Below are positions 63,963 to 64,000 of a stretch of 64,000 bases of DNA, piece by piece. Every line of letters starts with the position of its first letter. Within the stretch, counting starts at the first letter, position 1. The stretch spans positions 208,816,001 through 208,880,000 of the forward strand of contig NC_042997.1 in the NCBI RefSeq assembly GCF_006345805.1. The letters are read 5' to 3'. This DNA is from Octopus sinensis (Eukaryota). The translations under genes and the position numbers were made by a program. The notes beneath the pieces are model-generated. The model saw only the letters and a program-made list of their open reading frames with translations. It made no database searches and was not told the DNA's origin.

Positions 63963-64000
63963 CACACATGCATATGCATTTATACATATACTAGCATTAT

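Overview
AT-rich, repeat-dense eukaryotic (metazoan) genomic DNA. The SINE families, Penelope fragments and microsatellite load suggest an octopod cephalopod (inference). Two divergently oriented paralogs of a secreted DD3-3-like protein are present. Paralog A shows only its first coding exon (minus strand, 2361-2267; the rest lies left of the window). Paralog B has 11 phase-consistent coding exons (plus strand, 39647-60566, about 528 codons) and continues past the right edge, with a candidate TATA/Inr promoter and non-coding first exon at about 11993-12067. Between them lies an 8.5-kb array of 46 tandem ~185-bp SINE bodies behind a single tRNA-like SINE head. The whole array is bounded by one 13-bp target-site duplication inside a decayed RTE-clade LINE and shows higher-order repeats; dispersed copies of the same SINE also occur as head-to-tail multimers with the same junction. 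The window also holds a Penelope-like element with inverted pLTR, at least eight minimal type-I hammerhead-ribozyme motifs (including U3-A8 core variants), two solo LTRs, Tc1, Chapaev, Helitron and MITE relics, LINE fragments, and many micro/minisatellites. Most ORFs in the supplied track are repeat artefacts.
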